From: an uncultured Lyngbya sp.
Lineage (GTDB): Bacteria; Cyanobacteriota; Cyanobacteriia; Cyanobacteriales; Microcoleaceae
Length of the DNA: 14,463 nt
Direction: 5' to 3'
Assembly (NCBI GenBank): GCA_964401105.1
Contig: CAYNXM010000119.1
Span: 1 to 14,463, forward strand
This document shows, piece by piece, positions 1 through 7,299 of this stretch (position 1 is the first letter of the stretch; every line of letters starts with the position of its first letter). The notes under the pieces are model-generated. The model did no database searches. It was not told the DNA's origin and saw nothing but the letters and a program-made list of their open reading frames with translations. A program made the position numbers and the translations under genes.

Positions 1-60
1 GCTATAAAGTATGATAGCATAGATTTGGGAAATGTGGACGCTACGCGGGTTAATTTATTG

Positions 61-129
61 CTCGAAATTCATCCCACGCCAAAATATAGTTATTTCTTAT
101 AGTATTTATGGCGTGGGGCTTCTTTCGAG
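61..129. repeat. Imperfect inverted repeat (hairpin) abutting the 3' end of the XamI-like ORF
   Basis: Read directly: 61-67 ctcgaaa pairs with 123-129 tttcgag, and 73-80 cccacgcc pairs with 110-117 ggcgtggg, enclosing an AT-rich 29-nt loop. The structure begins 2 nt beyond the stop codon (132-134) of the minus-strand ORF. No U-tract follows on the minus strand, so a terminator role is unproven. Confidence 0.5.
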
Positions 130-131
130 AT

Positions 132-794
132 TTAAGCTAAATTTACAGGCACGTTCATACGAAAACTAAAAGTGCCAGGGGGCATTTGATCAAATCTTAT
201 ACCATCTTGTCCTACCAGTTTCGTATATTGGCAAGCTTCTAGCCAGTTTTGGATAGCTGCTAACTGTCTTTGCTCTTGTGCATTGCGGATAATTGGATTA
301 GTGACTGACCCACAAAGGCGGTCTGCCACAATCGTAGCGGCACGGTATATGTCTTCTTGTGAGGGAGATTGAGAGCGATTGAGCCAAGGAAAAATATCTG
401 GGTCAGCCATTTTCTCTATAATTTCACCAATTTTCCGAAGCTCTATATCCAAGGCATTCCCTTGAAGCCGTACAGGTAATTTTTTCTCTTTCTCCATTCT
501 TTTTACAAGACTGCTTGGGACTGATGCAAGACCAATTAGTCTATCGACTGCAAGAGGTGGGCAAGTTGACATTCTCAAAGTAGGTAGCACTCCAGGATGC
601 CTCCGAAGAATATCAGTGGTAATATTTGTCAAGTTTTCTGTCGCTCTAAGTGTTTCCTCAACATCCTTAGTAACCTCAACTCTCGTTTCTCGAAAAGCAC
701 TTGGAGCGAAGTTCATAAACCAGTCGTTGTACATGTCTACCGACTGCGAAATATCTGCTTTCCAAAGATGAGGTTTATTGAGATTGACTGCCAT
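132..794 (-). CDS. XamI-family type II restriction endonuclease-like protein, probably a C-terminally truncated fragment
   Basis: ATG-started 220-aa ORF. The N-terminus NLNKPHLWKADISQSVDMYNDWFMNFAP, plus RHPGVLPTLRMSTCPPLAVDRLIGLA, ATIVADRLCGSVTNPIIRNAQEQRQL and PGTFSFRMNV, match my recollection of XamI-family (RE_XamI) proteins. As I recall them, full-length members continue about 100 aa further, through a catalytic D...(I/L)EAK segment that is missing here. None of the three minus-strand frames of 1-131 shows a continuation. The assignment is from memory and has not been searched. Confidence 0.55.
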   Translation of the reverse strand: MAVNLNKPHLWKADISQSVDMYNDWFMNFAPSAFRETRVEVTKDVEETLRATENLTNITTDILRRHPGVLPTLRMSTCPPLAVDRLIGLASVPSSLVKRMEKEKKLPVRLQGNALDIELRKIGEIIEKMADPDIFPWLNRSQSPSQEDIYRAATIVADRLCGSVTNPIIRNAQEQRQLAAIQNWLEACQYTKLVGQDGIRFDQMPPGTFSFRMNVPVNLA

Positions 795-982
795 TGAAGT
801 AATTAACGGAGTCTACTTGCTCCAAAGTTTATTTTGCCAGCTAACTTAGTATTATAATTGTGCTGTAGTTGCTAGATAATACGAGATAGATTAGATTTTA
901 CCACAAAACAGTTTGCCATTTATTCACCCATTTAACGTTCTTTCTTTCTTCCCTTTGTGCACTTCTGTGTCTTTGTGGTTAA

Positions 983-2449
983 TTATCTCTTATTTATCGC
1001 TGCTTCATAAATCTTTTGATTTGCCTTCACTGACTTTCCTAAATCTACTATCGGGTTGGGATAATCTACGCCTAAACGTACATTAAACTTCTTTTGTTCA
1101 TCCTTGGAAAGCTTCCAAGGTGCATGAACTTTATCTCCTGGAATTCCTGCTAACTCCGGCAACCAATACCGCACATAATCTCCTTTAGGGTCGTAATCTT
1201 TGGCTTGTTTTGGAATATTAAAATAGCGAAAACCTCGGGCATCATTTCCCACCCCTGCTGTATAATTCCAATTTCCCCAGTTACTGCAAACATCATAATC
1301 AATCAAAACAGATTCAAACCATTCTGCCCCCATTTGCCAATTAATTCCCAGATTTTTAGTTAAAAAACTAGCGACATTTTGCCGTCCTCGATTTGACATA
1401 AATCCCGTTGCAGCTAACTCTCGCATATTGGCATCAACGAAGGGAAAACCCGTGATTCCGGTTCGCCATTGTTCAAACTGTTTTTCATTGTCTTTCCAGG
1501 GAATATCAATCCCTTGTAAACCGGATTGACGAAAGATTTTATTACCGTGTTTGAGGCAAATAAACCGAAAATAATCCCGCCATAATAACTCAAATACTAA
1601 CCAGTAAGTCGAATCATTTTTAACTCGTTGTTCTTCGTATTCCTCTACTTGGTCATAAATAAACCGAGGAGATAAACAACCATTAGCTAACCAAGGTGAA
1701 AATTTAGATGAATAATTTGCCCCGAGTAAACCATTACGGGTTTGTTTATAATCTTTTAGACAATTCTGTTGCCAAAAATAATCTTTGAGTCTTTCTATTC
1801 CTGCTGTTTCTCCGCCGTGAAATTGTAAAACACCGCGTTCATCTGCGGCTGGCAATTCTAAACCAAAGTCTTGTAATGTAGGTATTTCTCCTAAATCTAT
1901 TTCAGGCAACTTGGGCAAACTTTTAGGAGTGGGAAAAGATTGATAAGGACTACTATTTTTCTCAACTTGTTTACGAAACTGAGTAAAAACTTCAGGTAAC
2001 CGTTTAATTTCAAACGGTAAATCATTAATATCATAAAGTGTTGCCCCCCAACAGGCTTTTGAAGTAACACCTAGGGATTTTAAGGTGTTTGATAATACTA
2101 TTTCAACTGCTAACTCTTCTGCTGTCACCTCTTGATAATAAGAAACACTATCAATTTCTAACGCTTTAACTATTTCCGGAATCACTTCTTCTGGTAATCC
2201 CTGACGAATGATTAAATTACTTCCTAAGTTTTGCAGAGATTGCCGTAAATTAGCAATACTTTCAATTAAAAATTTGGCGCGAAACCCGCCTGTTTTGGGA
2301 AAGCCATAAGAAGTTTCTCCAAATTGCCTTGGATCAAAACAATAAACTGGAATAATTTGAGCTTTTGCTTTAATTGCTAAGTGTAAAGGTTCATGATCGT
2401 GAATTCGTAAGTCATTACGATACCAAATTAAAATGCGTTTTTCGCTCAC
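983..2449 (-). CDS. cry: Cryptochrome DASH (photolyase/cryptochrome family flavoprotein)
   Basis: 488-aa ORF with a GTG start. The N-terminal photolyase alpha/beta domain has ILIWYRNDLRIHDHEPL and PVYCFDPRQF. The FAD-binding domain has WRDYFRF, TGFMSNRGRQNVASFL, LIDYDVCSNWGNWNYTAGVGND and FRYFNIPKQAKDYDPKGDYVRYWLPEL. Length and motifs are typical of the Cry-DASH subfamily. Confidence 0.93.
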   Translation of the reverse strand: MSEKRILIWYRNDLRIHDHEPLHLAIKAKAQIIPVYCFDPRQFGETSYGFPKTGGFRAKFLIESIANLRQSLQNLGSNLIIRQGLPEEVIPEIVKALEIDSVSYYQEVTAEELAVEIVLSNTLKSLGVTSKACWGATLYDINDLPFEIKRLPEVFTQFRKQVEKNSSPYQSFPTPKSLPKLPEIDLGEIPTLQDFGLELPAADERGVLQFHGGETAGIERLKDYFWQQNCLKDYKQTRNGLLGANYSSKFSPWLANGCLSPRFIYDQVEEYEEQRVKNDSTYWLVFELLWRDYFRFICLKHGNKIFRQSGLQGIDIPWKDNEKQFEQWRTGITGFPFVDANMRELAATGFMSNRGRQNVASFLTKNLGINWQMGAEWFESVLIDYDVCSNWGNWNYTAGVGNDARGFRYFNIPKQAKDYDPKGDYVRYWLPELAGIPGDKVHAPWKLSKDEQKKFNVRLGVDYPNPIVDLGKSVKANQKIYEAAINKR

Positions 2450-2516
2450 AATTATTTTAGGTCTTAAATTTATTAGTAAAGTATCATTTTAACACTTTTG
2501 ACAGCAAAAATAAACC

Positions 2517-2984
2517 TTAAAGAAATCGAGTTAAATCAAATTCTTCCGAGGTTGAATTGTCGCGATCGCGTTCTGCCATCAGTAGTAATAAAATCTGAGT
2601 GGTATAATCAACCGATCCGCGCAATTCTTCTTGTAAAATCTCTAATCCACCATTAGCATATTCTTCAAAAATCTGAGTTTTTTGTGTTTCTGCTTCAGAG
2701 TTAAACGGGGATAAAACCACTGTTTCTTGTGTTTCTGATAACACCATTAACTTCATCGCTAAATCATATCCTCTTGAAATAAATACTTCCATAGAAATAG
2801 GACCAGGTTCTCGTTTAGAAATCGTTTCAACAGCCACTCTTTTTTGACGTTTTAACCCTAACATTGCGGCAAATACGACCGCATCTGCATAAGTTTGAAA
2901 CGGCCCAACTTTACTGTCTGATTCGGTTAAAGATTTAACAAATTCCGCTTGTTCTTTTGCAATCCGAACTCGATTGAATGACAT
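2517..2984 (-). CDS. Small protein resembling 'Dnd system-associated protein 4' (DNA phosphorothioation-associated protein 4); function unknown
   Basis: 155-aa ATG-started ORF. The segments RVRIAKEQAEFVKSL, FQTYADAVVFAAMLG, REPGPISMEVF and IFEEYANGGLEILQEEL match my memory of the ~150-aa family that NCBI/TIGRFAMs names 'dnd system-associated protein 4', which usually sits beside a DGQHR (DndB-like) protein. The ORF itself is solid; the family call is from memory only. Confidence 0.45.
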   Translation of the reverse strand: MSFNRVRIAKEQAEFVKSLTESDSKVGPFQTYADAVVFAAMLGLKRQKRVAVETISKREPGPISMEVFISRGYDLAMKLMVLSETQETVVLSPFNSEAETQKTQIFEEYANGGLEILQEELRGSVDYTTQILLLLMAERDRDNSTSEEFDLTRFL

Positions 2985-2988
2985 AGCT

Positions 2989-3016
2989 ATTGGTTATTGG
3001 TCATTTGTTATTTGAT
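2989..3016. repeat. STRR-like tandem heptamers (4 units)
   Basis: Read directly: attggtt attggtc atttgtt atttgat (2989-3016). They lie in the 75-bp spacer between the CNNM/CorC stop codon and the start of the 155-aa ORF. They resemble the TTGGTCA-type short tandemly repeated repetitive sequences of filamentous cyanobacteria. Confidence 0.55.
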
Positions 3017-3059
3017 GGAATAGGCAGCCCATGGAGTTGGGAAAAGCTTGTAACTCATA

Positions 3060-4634
3060 TCAGAAATTTTTCTCCCCATCTCCCGTATCTCCCGTATCTC
3101 CCGTATCTCCCGTATCTCCCGTATCTCCCGTGTCTCCCGTGTCTCCCCACGTTTGTATCTCTCCATCTTTTCTTGATTCTAACTCCGATGAAGGATCGAC
3201 CACATTATCGGAAGAATGAACCGCTTCAGGTGAATCAGCTAACTCCTGACTGGTTTCCGTTGAATCCGTAATCTCAGATAATAGTTCAGAATCTACTTCA
3301 GTTTCAATTAAGTGAATTTGAACTTGATCTAACCGAGGCCCTTCAGCCGCCGCCACCGTCAATTCAAGGTTTTGATAGTGGAAAACTTCTCCTTCAGTGG
3401 GAATTTTTTGTAGTTGATCGATGATAAATCCTGCTAAAGTTTGATACTCTTCAGTTAAGGGTAAACTTAAGTTTAATAATTCATTGACTTCTTCAATATC
3501 CAACTGGGCTTGTACCAGGAAAGTTTGCTCATCAATGTATTGCAGTTTCACTTCCTCGGTTTGGGTGGGTTCAGCACTTTCCCCAATAATTTCCGCGACT
3601 AAATCTTGAATGGTGACTAACCCGGCTGTGCCGCCAAATTCATCGACAATAATCACCATTTCCGTATGGGCCCGCTGCATTAATGGCAACAATTCACTCA
3701 AAAGAATTTGTGCGGAAATAAATCGCGCTGGACGTACCCACGGTTCAAGAGGAGTTTCCGCAGATAAAATCCGTTCAGCTAAGGGTTTTGCCAAATCTTT
3801 AAAGTCTACAATCCCGATAATATCATCTAAAGATTCCCCCATCACCGGATAACGGGAATGTCCCGAAACGGCTGTTTCATCTAACAAGGTTTGAAATGTA
3901 GCGTTTCTCGGCAGGGCAACAATACTCGTGCGGGGAATCATCACTTCTTCCGCTGCCACATCCCCAAATTCAAACACATTATTTAATAGTTGTCGTTCTT
4001 CTGCTTCTAAACCGGTAGACTCAGTAGAAGTGGCAATAATTAACTGTAATTCTTCCGGGGTAACGCGGGTGTAGGGTTCCCCTGTAAACGTCATACCGCC
4101 TAACTTGAGTAACCAACGAGTAGACTGATTTAACGCCCAGACAAATGGCCGAAAAAAGCGGGCGATCGCTAAACTAGGGGCAGCCAGTAACCGCGCCAAC
4201 TGTTCGGGATAGAGTAAGGCAACGGATTTAGGATAGAGTTCCCCCAGGACAATTTGTAGGTAAGCAATGGCAAAAAAGGTCAGTAGGGGAATGGCAACGG
4301 AATGGGATAAAGTGGCTTGAATTTGGGGGGCAACGGGAAGATAGGATAACCAATTTTTGAGGACAACCGCAACAGTACCCTCGGCAATCCATCCTAAAGC
4401 TAAACTAGAGAGAGTAATGCCAAATTGAGTGGTTGACAGTAATAAATCAATCCGTCGCTGTAGCCGTTGTACACTGCGGGCTGGGGCATCTCCTGCTTCC
4501 ACCAGCTGACTAATGCGCGATCGCCGGACTGATACCATGGAAAACTCAGCCGTGACAAAAAACGCATTAATGGCGATCAGTAAAAATACCGCAAGCAATC
4601 GCACCAGCATATCCTTAAGCGTCAGGGTCATCAT
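3060..4634 (-). CDS. CNNM/CorC/TlyC-family membrane protein (DUF21 - CBS pair - CorC_HlyC) with an acidic C-terminal tail ending in (GDT)7
   Basis: The N-terminal DUF21 membrane region has LLAVFLLIAINAFFVTAEFSMVSVRRSRI. The CBS pair region has EVMIPRTSIVAL and VIIVDEFGGTAGLVTIQDLVAEIIGE. The C-terminal CorC_HlyC-like part has FLVQAQLDIEEVNELL and FHYQNLELTV. I place the start at ATG 4634 (tandem ATG ATG, with a GGGGGA Shine-Dalgarno-like element about 11 nt upstream). The track's 4718 start is a GTG that adds 28 non-membrane residues. Confidence 0.9.
   Translation of the reverse strand: MMTLTLKDMLVRLLAVFLLIAINAFFVTAEFSMVSVRRSRISQLVEAGDAPARSVQRLQRRIDLLLSTTQFGITLSSLALGWIAEGTVAVVLKNWLSYLPVAPQIQATLSHSVAIPLLTFFAIAYLQIVLGELYPKSVALLYPEQLARLLAAPSLAIARFFRPFVWALNQSTRWLLKLGGMTFTGEPYTRVTPEELQLIIATSTESTGLEAEERQLLNNVFEFGDVAAEEVMIPRTSIVALPRNATFQTLLDETAVSGHSRYPVMGESLDDIIGIVDFKDLAKPLAERILSAETPLEPWVRPARFISAQILLSELLPLMQRAHTEMVIIVDEFGGTAGLVTIQDLVAEIIGESAEPTQTEEVKLQYIDEQTFLVQAQLDIEEVNELLNLSLPLTEEYQTLAGFIIDQLQKIPTEGEVFHYQNLELTVAAAEGPRLDQVQIHLIETEVDSELLSEITDSTETSQELADSPEAVHSSDNVVDPSSELESRKDGEIQTWGDTGDTGDTGDTGDTGDTGDTGDGEKNF
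3078..3149. repeat. In-frame 9-bp tandem repeat (6 identical units atctcccgt plus 2 variant units) encoding (GDT)n
   Basis: Read directly. Units of 9 nt start at 3078, 3087, 3096, 3105, 3114 and 3123 (all atctcccgt), then 3132 (gtctcccgt) and 3141 (gtctcccca). On the minus strand they read GGA GAT ACG, giving WGDTGDTGDTGDTGDTGDTGDTGD at the C-terminus of the CNNM/CorC protein. Confidence 0.95.
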
Positions 4635-4749
4635 CTGATCAATTATCCCCCTGAGGTTGATGCATGCCCGTCTCCTGAGATAGATCGCAGCAGTTGAAAA
4701 TGCTTGCCCGTGTGGCACAGATTAGCATGGGGGGATTCATGATAACGTC

Positions 4750-5469
4750 TTATTTGACAATTGGAATTCCAGACATTTGTAACTGTAAGTTCTGATCGGG
4801 ATAATCGGTTAAGCTCATCGCCAGCTCATTAGCATTATCCAACAGCACAGTCGGAATACTCACAATTCCAGTATAAGTTTTATTGTCAGGGGGAACTTGT
4901 CCGGGTAGCTCATCAACACTGGCACTCAACGCCCGACCTTTATCATCAGTCACATTCAGAAAACTGTAAAGAAAGCGAACCGATTGTTCTCCCTCGTTTT
5001 TGAGGCTAACCTTTAACTTGAGAGAAGTCCCTTTGCGACTGGCTGAAGTCACCTGCATCGTCACCTCACCATCTCGGCTGACAATGGGAAAGACAGACTG
5101 AGGACTTGGGGAGTCTGTTGCTTGCGGTTTCGCTTCAGCACCAGACTCGGGGACAGAAGTTGAGGCCACCTGAACAATAGCCTCTTCTCCTTTGCCTTCC
5201 ATGCGCTGCTTGACACTTTTGACAATATCGGCTTCTTTCAGCATTTGGACACTTTCTTTGCGATCGCCATCGGTTTTTTTACCCGTGAGATGACTCGGAC
5301 GCATATCCGGTTGACTAATTTCTTTTAAGGCTTCTCGGCCTAACTTGTATCCCCAACTCGAACTAAATAGTCCGGAGCCAAACATCATTACCAGCAGAAC
5401 AACAGTTAATATGACAGTAGAGTTCAATCGGGTCCTCCTCTCTATGTCGGTGTGCATCAATATCTTCAC
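4750..5469 (-). CDS. Hypothetical membrane-anchored protein (N-terminal TM helix, Ser/Pro/Ala-rich linker, C-terminal beta-rich domain)
   Basis: 239-aa ORF with a GTG start at 5469; an alternative ATG at 5457 gives MHTDIERR. The hydrophobic segment is STVILTVVLLVMMFGSGLF. The C-terminal ~100 aa (LKLKVSLKNEGEQSVRFLYSFLNVTDDKGRAL) has the alternating pattern of an Ig-like/DUF4352-type domain, but that domain guess is weak. Confidence 0.6.
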   Translation of the reverse strand: MKILMHTDIERRTRLNSTVILTVVLLVMMFGSGLFSSSWGYKLGREALKEISQPDMRPSHLTGKKTDGDRKESVQMLKEADIVKSVKQRMEGKGEEAIVQVASTSVPESGAEAKPQATDSPSPQSVFPIVSRDGEVTMQVTSASRKGTSLKLKVSLKNEGEQSVRFLYSFLNVTDDKGRALSASVDELPGQVPPDNKTYTGIVSIPTVLLDNANELAMSLTDYPDQNLQLQMSGIPIVK

Positions 5470-5671
5470 TGCCTATGTGTCATAAGTATAGTATCTTAGC
5501 AGTCTGTTGAATCAAATGCACCCGAGACGGGTCAAGTTTTTTGTCGAGATTAACGAGAGCTGCGATTAACTGGGATTTGCAGGATAAGAATGTTTCAATT
5601 CATGCTATATTTTATTATAGGATTGTCTAGAGTGAAACCCGATCTGTTTAATCACTCCTGACACCGCTCAC

Positions 5672-5744
5672 GCGCCCTTGGCCGATTGGGGAGGCAGCGA
5701 ACTCATAATTCGCCTTCAGGCTGGTTCGATTCCAGCAGGGCGCA
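5672..5744 (+). tRNA. tRNA with anticodon CAU (elongator Met or, more likely, lysidine-type tRNA-Ile2); atypical D arm and 6-nt variable loop
   Basis: Cloverleaf folded by hand:
- Acceptor stem: 5672-5678 gcgccct with 5737-5743 agggcgc, 7 Watson-Crick pairs.
- T at position 8 (5679).
- D arm: gcc(g)-attgggg-(a)ggc.
- Anticodon stem: 5697-5701 gcgaa with 5709-5713 ttcgc.
- Anticodon loop: ctCATaa, with the anticodon at 5704-5706.
- T arm: 5720-5724 gctgg with 5732-5736 ccagc, loop ttcgatt.
- Discriminator A at 5744; CCA is not encoded. Confidence 0.7.
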
Positions 5745-5903
5745 TTCTCCCGTGAATCGAATAGAGAAGAGTCTTAAGCAATTGATCGGATTAAGTAGGG
5801 GAATTTACCCCGAAGCGCGATGCTTGACTTATATTGGTTAACAGACTTGTGCTATCAAACGATGTCAAAACCAATTTTGTCATAACAAGCATCACCTGGC
5901 GAT

Positions 5904-7277
5904 ATGATTAAAACCCTCTTGCGCTATGCTCATCAATGGTTTCGACAAACTCCAGATAGAGCGCTGGATCAAGCGTATGATGCAGCGTTGAAAATACGCT
6001 CCATTGAGAATGAGCATTTTAATGGTAAACCCATTTCTACAGAAACGGGTGATTTTGGCGATCGCGTAAATAATTATTTCAAATCCGAATTAAAACAATC
6101 TCTCAGTATTATTAAAACTCGCTTAGCAGAATTCAATATTAGTCGTTCTATTGTCGGAATTTCGGACTCTTTGACTCCAACCGAAACCAATGGCAGTGCT
6201 GCGCTCGATCGGCAAGAATTGATGGAGTTGAAAGCATCAGAAGGTTTTTCTATCTGTTATGAAAAACTCAATTTTATTGATTCCGTTATTAGTCCCTATC
6301 AATCAACTTCTCAAAAGCGTTCCAAACAATCTAAGGCTCTCGTTAAGATACCTGAATCTCCTCAATTTTCTGTTGTGCCTCAATCTGATTCTGAGCCAGA
6401 TATTTCAATGAATCAGAACTACAATGAGCCGGGTATTCCCACTTCAGAGAATAACTTTAAACAAGAACTTACCTCGGGTTCAGATATGAGCTTTTTGCCT
6501 CGCTCTTTGCTGCGGACTTTTGGTCGAATTCGTCGAGAATTGAATCCGGAGTCGGAAGATGAAGTTCTGAAAAAATATCGAACCTCTAAAGTTAAAACAA
6601 TTATTTCAATTCGGTTTGTTTTACTATTAATTTTAATCCCTTTATTAACTCAACAACTAGCTAAAAATTTTGTAGTGGGTCCTATTGTTGATTCATTCTG
6701 GCATCAGGAAGAACAGCAAGAAATCTTTCTGAATATGGATATGGAAGAAGAAGCGTTTACAGAATTACACCGCTATCAAGAACGGCTAGAATTTCAACGC
6801 ATGATCGGGATAACTCCTGAAATCACGGATGAGGAAATTGAAGAAGAGGTGAGACTTAAAGCCCAAAGAATTGCTGAAGAATATCAAAGTTTAGGATCGG
6901 ATGCAATTAAAAATGTTTTTGCAGATATTTTATCAGTTTTTGCTTTTGGCATTATTATTTATACCAATCGTAAAGAAGTGGATATTCTCAAATCTTTTAT
7001 GGGGGATCTAATTTATGGTTTAAGTGATAGCGCTAAAGCATTTATTATTATTCTGTTAACGGATATGTTTGTCGGGTTCCACTCTCCCCACGGATGGGAA
7101 GTAATTTTAGAAAATACTGCTCGGCATTTTGGCTTACCTGAAAATCGAGACTTTAACTTTCTCTTTATTGCAACTTTTCCAGTAATTTTAGATGCAGTTT
7201 TTAAATACTGGATTTTCCGCTATCTCAACCGCAGTTCACCTTCTGCCGTTTCAACTTATAAAACAATGAATGAGTAG
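5904..7277 (+). CDS. pxcA: Proton extrusion protein PxcA (CemA/CotA family inner-membrane protein)
   Basis: 457-aa ORF. The N-terminus has WFRQTPDRALDQAYDAALKIRSIENEHFNG. The C-terminal membrane domain has the CemA hallmark FVGFHSPHGWEVILEN...FPVILDAVFKYWIFRYLNRSSPSAVSTYKTMNE. Size is similar to Synechocystis PxcA. Confidence 0.92.
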   Translation: MIKTLLRYAHQWFRQTPDRALDQAYDAALKIRSIENEHFNGKPISTETGDFGDRVNNYFKSELKQSLSIIKTRLAEFNISRSIVGISDSLTPTETNGSAALDRQELMELKASEGFSICYEKLNFIDSVISPYQSTSQKRSKQSKALVKIPESPQFSVVPQSDSEPDISMNQNYNEPGIPTSENNFKQELTSGSDMSFLPRSLLRTFGRIRRELNPESEDEVLKKYRTSKVKTIISIRFVLLLILIPLLTQQLAKNFVVGPIVDSFWHQEEQQEIFLNMDMEEEAFTELHRYQERLEFQRMIGITPEITDEEIEEEVRLKAQRIAEEYQSLGSDAIKNVFADILSVFAFGIIIYTNRKEVDILKSFMGDLIYGLSDSAKAFIIILLTDMFVGFHSPHGWEVILENTARHFGLPENRDFNFLFIATFPVILDAVFKYWIFRYLNRSSPSAVSTYKTMNE

Positions 7278-7299
7278 AACGTATTAATTTTAAATGAAT

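Noticed and set aside
597-797. A 66-aa plus-strand ORF.
   Set aside because: It is entirely antisense to the XamI-like ORF, has low-complexity composition and contains no motif.
937-978. A pyrimidine-rich (CT) tract just downstream of the cry stop codon.
   Set aside because: It is low-complexity sequence with no repeat unit, no pairing partner and no recognisable motif. I can support no function for it.
132-2984. The XamI-like ORF and the Dnd-associated-4-like ORF taken together as one defence island.
   Set aside because: They are separated by the housekeeping cry-DASH gene. Neither has its usual partner (a methyltransferase, or a DGQHR protein) in the window, and one appears truncated. I treat them as separate, possibly degenerate, loci.
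3078-3149. A possible CRISPR array suggested by the regularly spaced repeat.
   Set aside because: The units are 9 bp and directly abutting with no spacers, and they lie in frame inside a coding sequence. This is a microsatellite, not a CRISPR array.
2990-3271. Plus-strand ORFs 2990-3271 and 3031-3219, encoding LPYLPYLPY... and SPVSPVSPV... repeats.
   Set aside because: They are alternate-strand translations of the 9-bp tandem repeat inside the well-supported minus-strand CNNM/CorC gene. They have no independent start context and no domain content.
3610-3852. An 80-aa plus-strand ORF.
   Set aside because: It is antisense, lying within the CBS-domain region of the CNNM/CorC gene. It is a shadow ORF.
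4635-4718. The 28-codon N-terminal extension (MPHGQAFSTAAIYLRRRACINLRGIIDQ) of the CNNM/CorC ORF in the track.
   Set aside because: It depends on a GTG start and adds a non-membrane, non-conserved-looking segment. The tandem ATGs at 4634/4631, with a purine-rich Shine-Dalgarno-like element upstream, lead directly into the DUF21 membrane domain.
5520-5542. A small hairpin acccg-aga-cgggt followed by tttttt on the plus strand, resembling a terminator.
   Set aside because: The stem is only 5 bp and the loop 3 nt. No plus-strand gene lies upstream to be terminated, because the region is the 5' flank of a minus-strand gene.
5654-5664. ACTCCTGACAC, a 10/11 match to the conserved single-stranded motif ACUCCUCACAC of the cyanobacterial sRNA Yfr1, preceded by a small stem-loop (gtga...tcac).
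   Set aside because: It lies in the immediate 5' leader of the tRNA, with no downstream terminator stem-loop of its own. By my rough estimate, a one-mismatch 11-mer hit is expected by chance at roughly 0.2 per window of this size on both strands.
5672-5744. The tRNA gene as an integration site for a genomic island.
   Set aside because: No integrase is nearby, and I noticed no direct repeat of the tRNA 3' end elsewhere in the window. The flanking genes (a hypothetical membrane protein and pxcA) are HIP1-containing, core-like genes.
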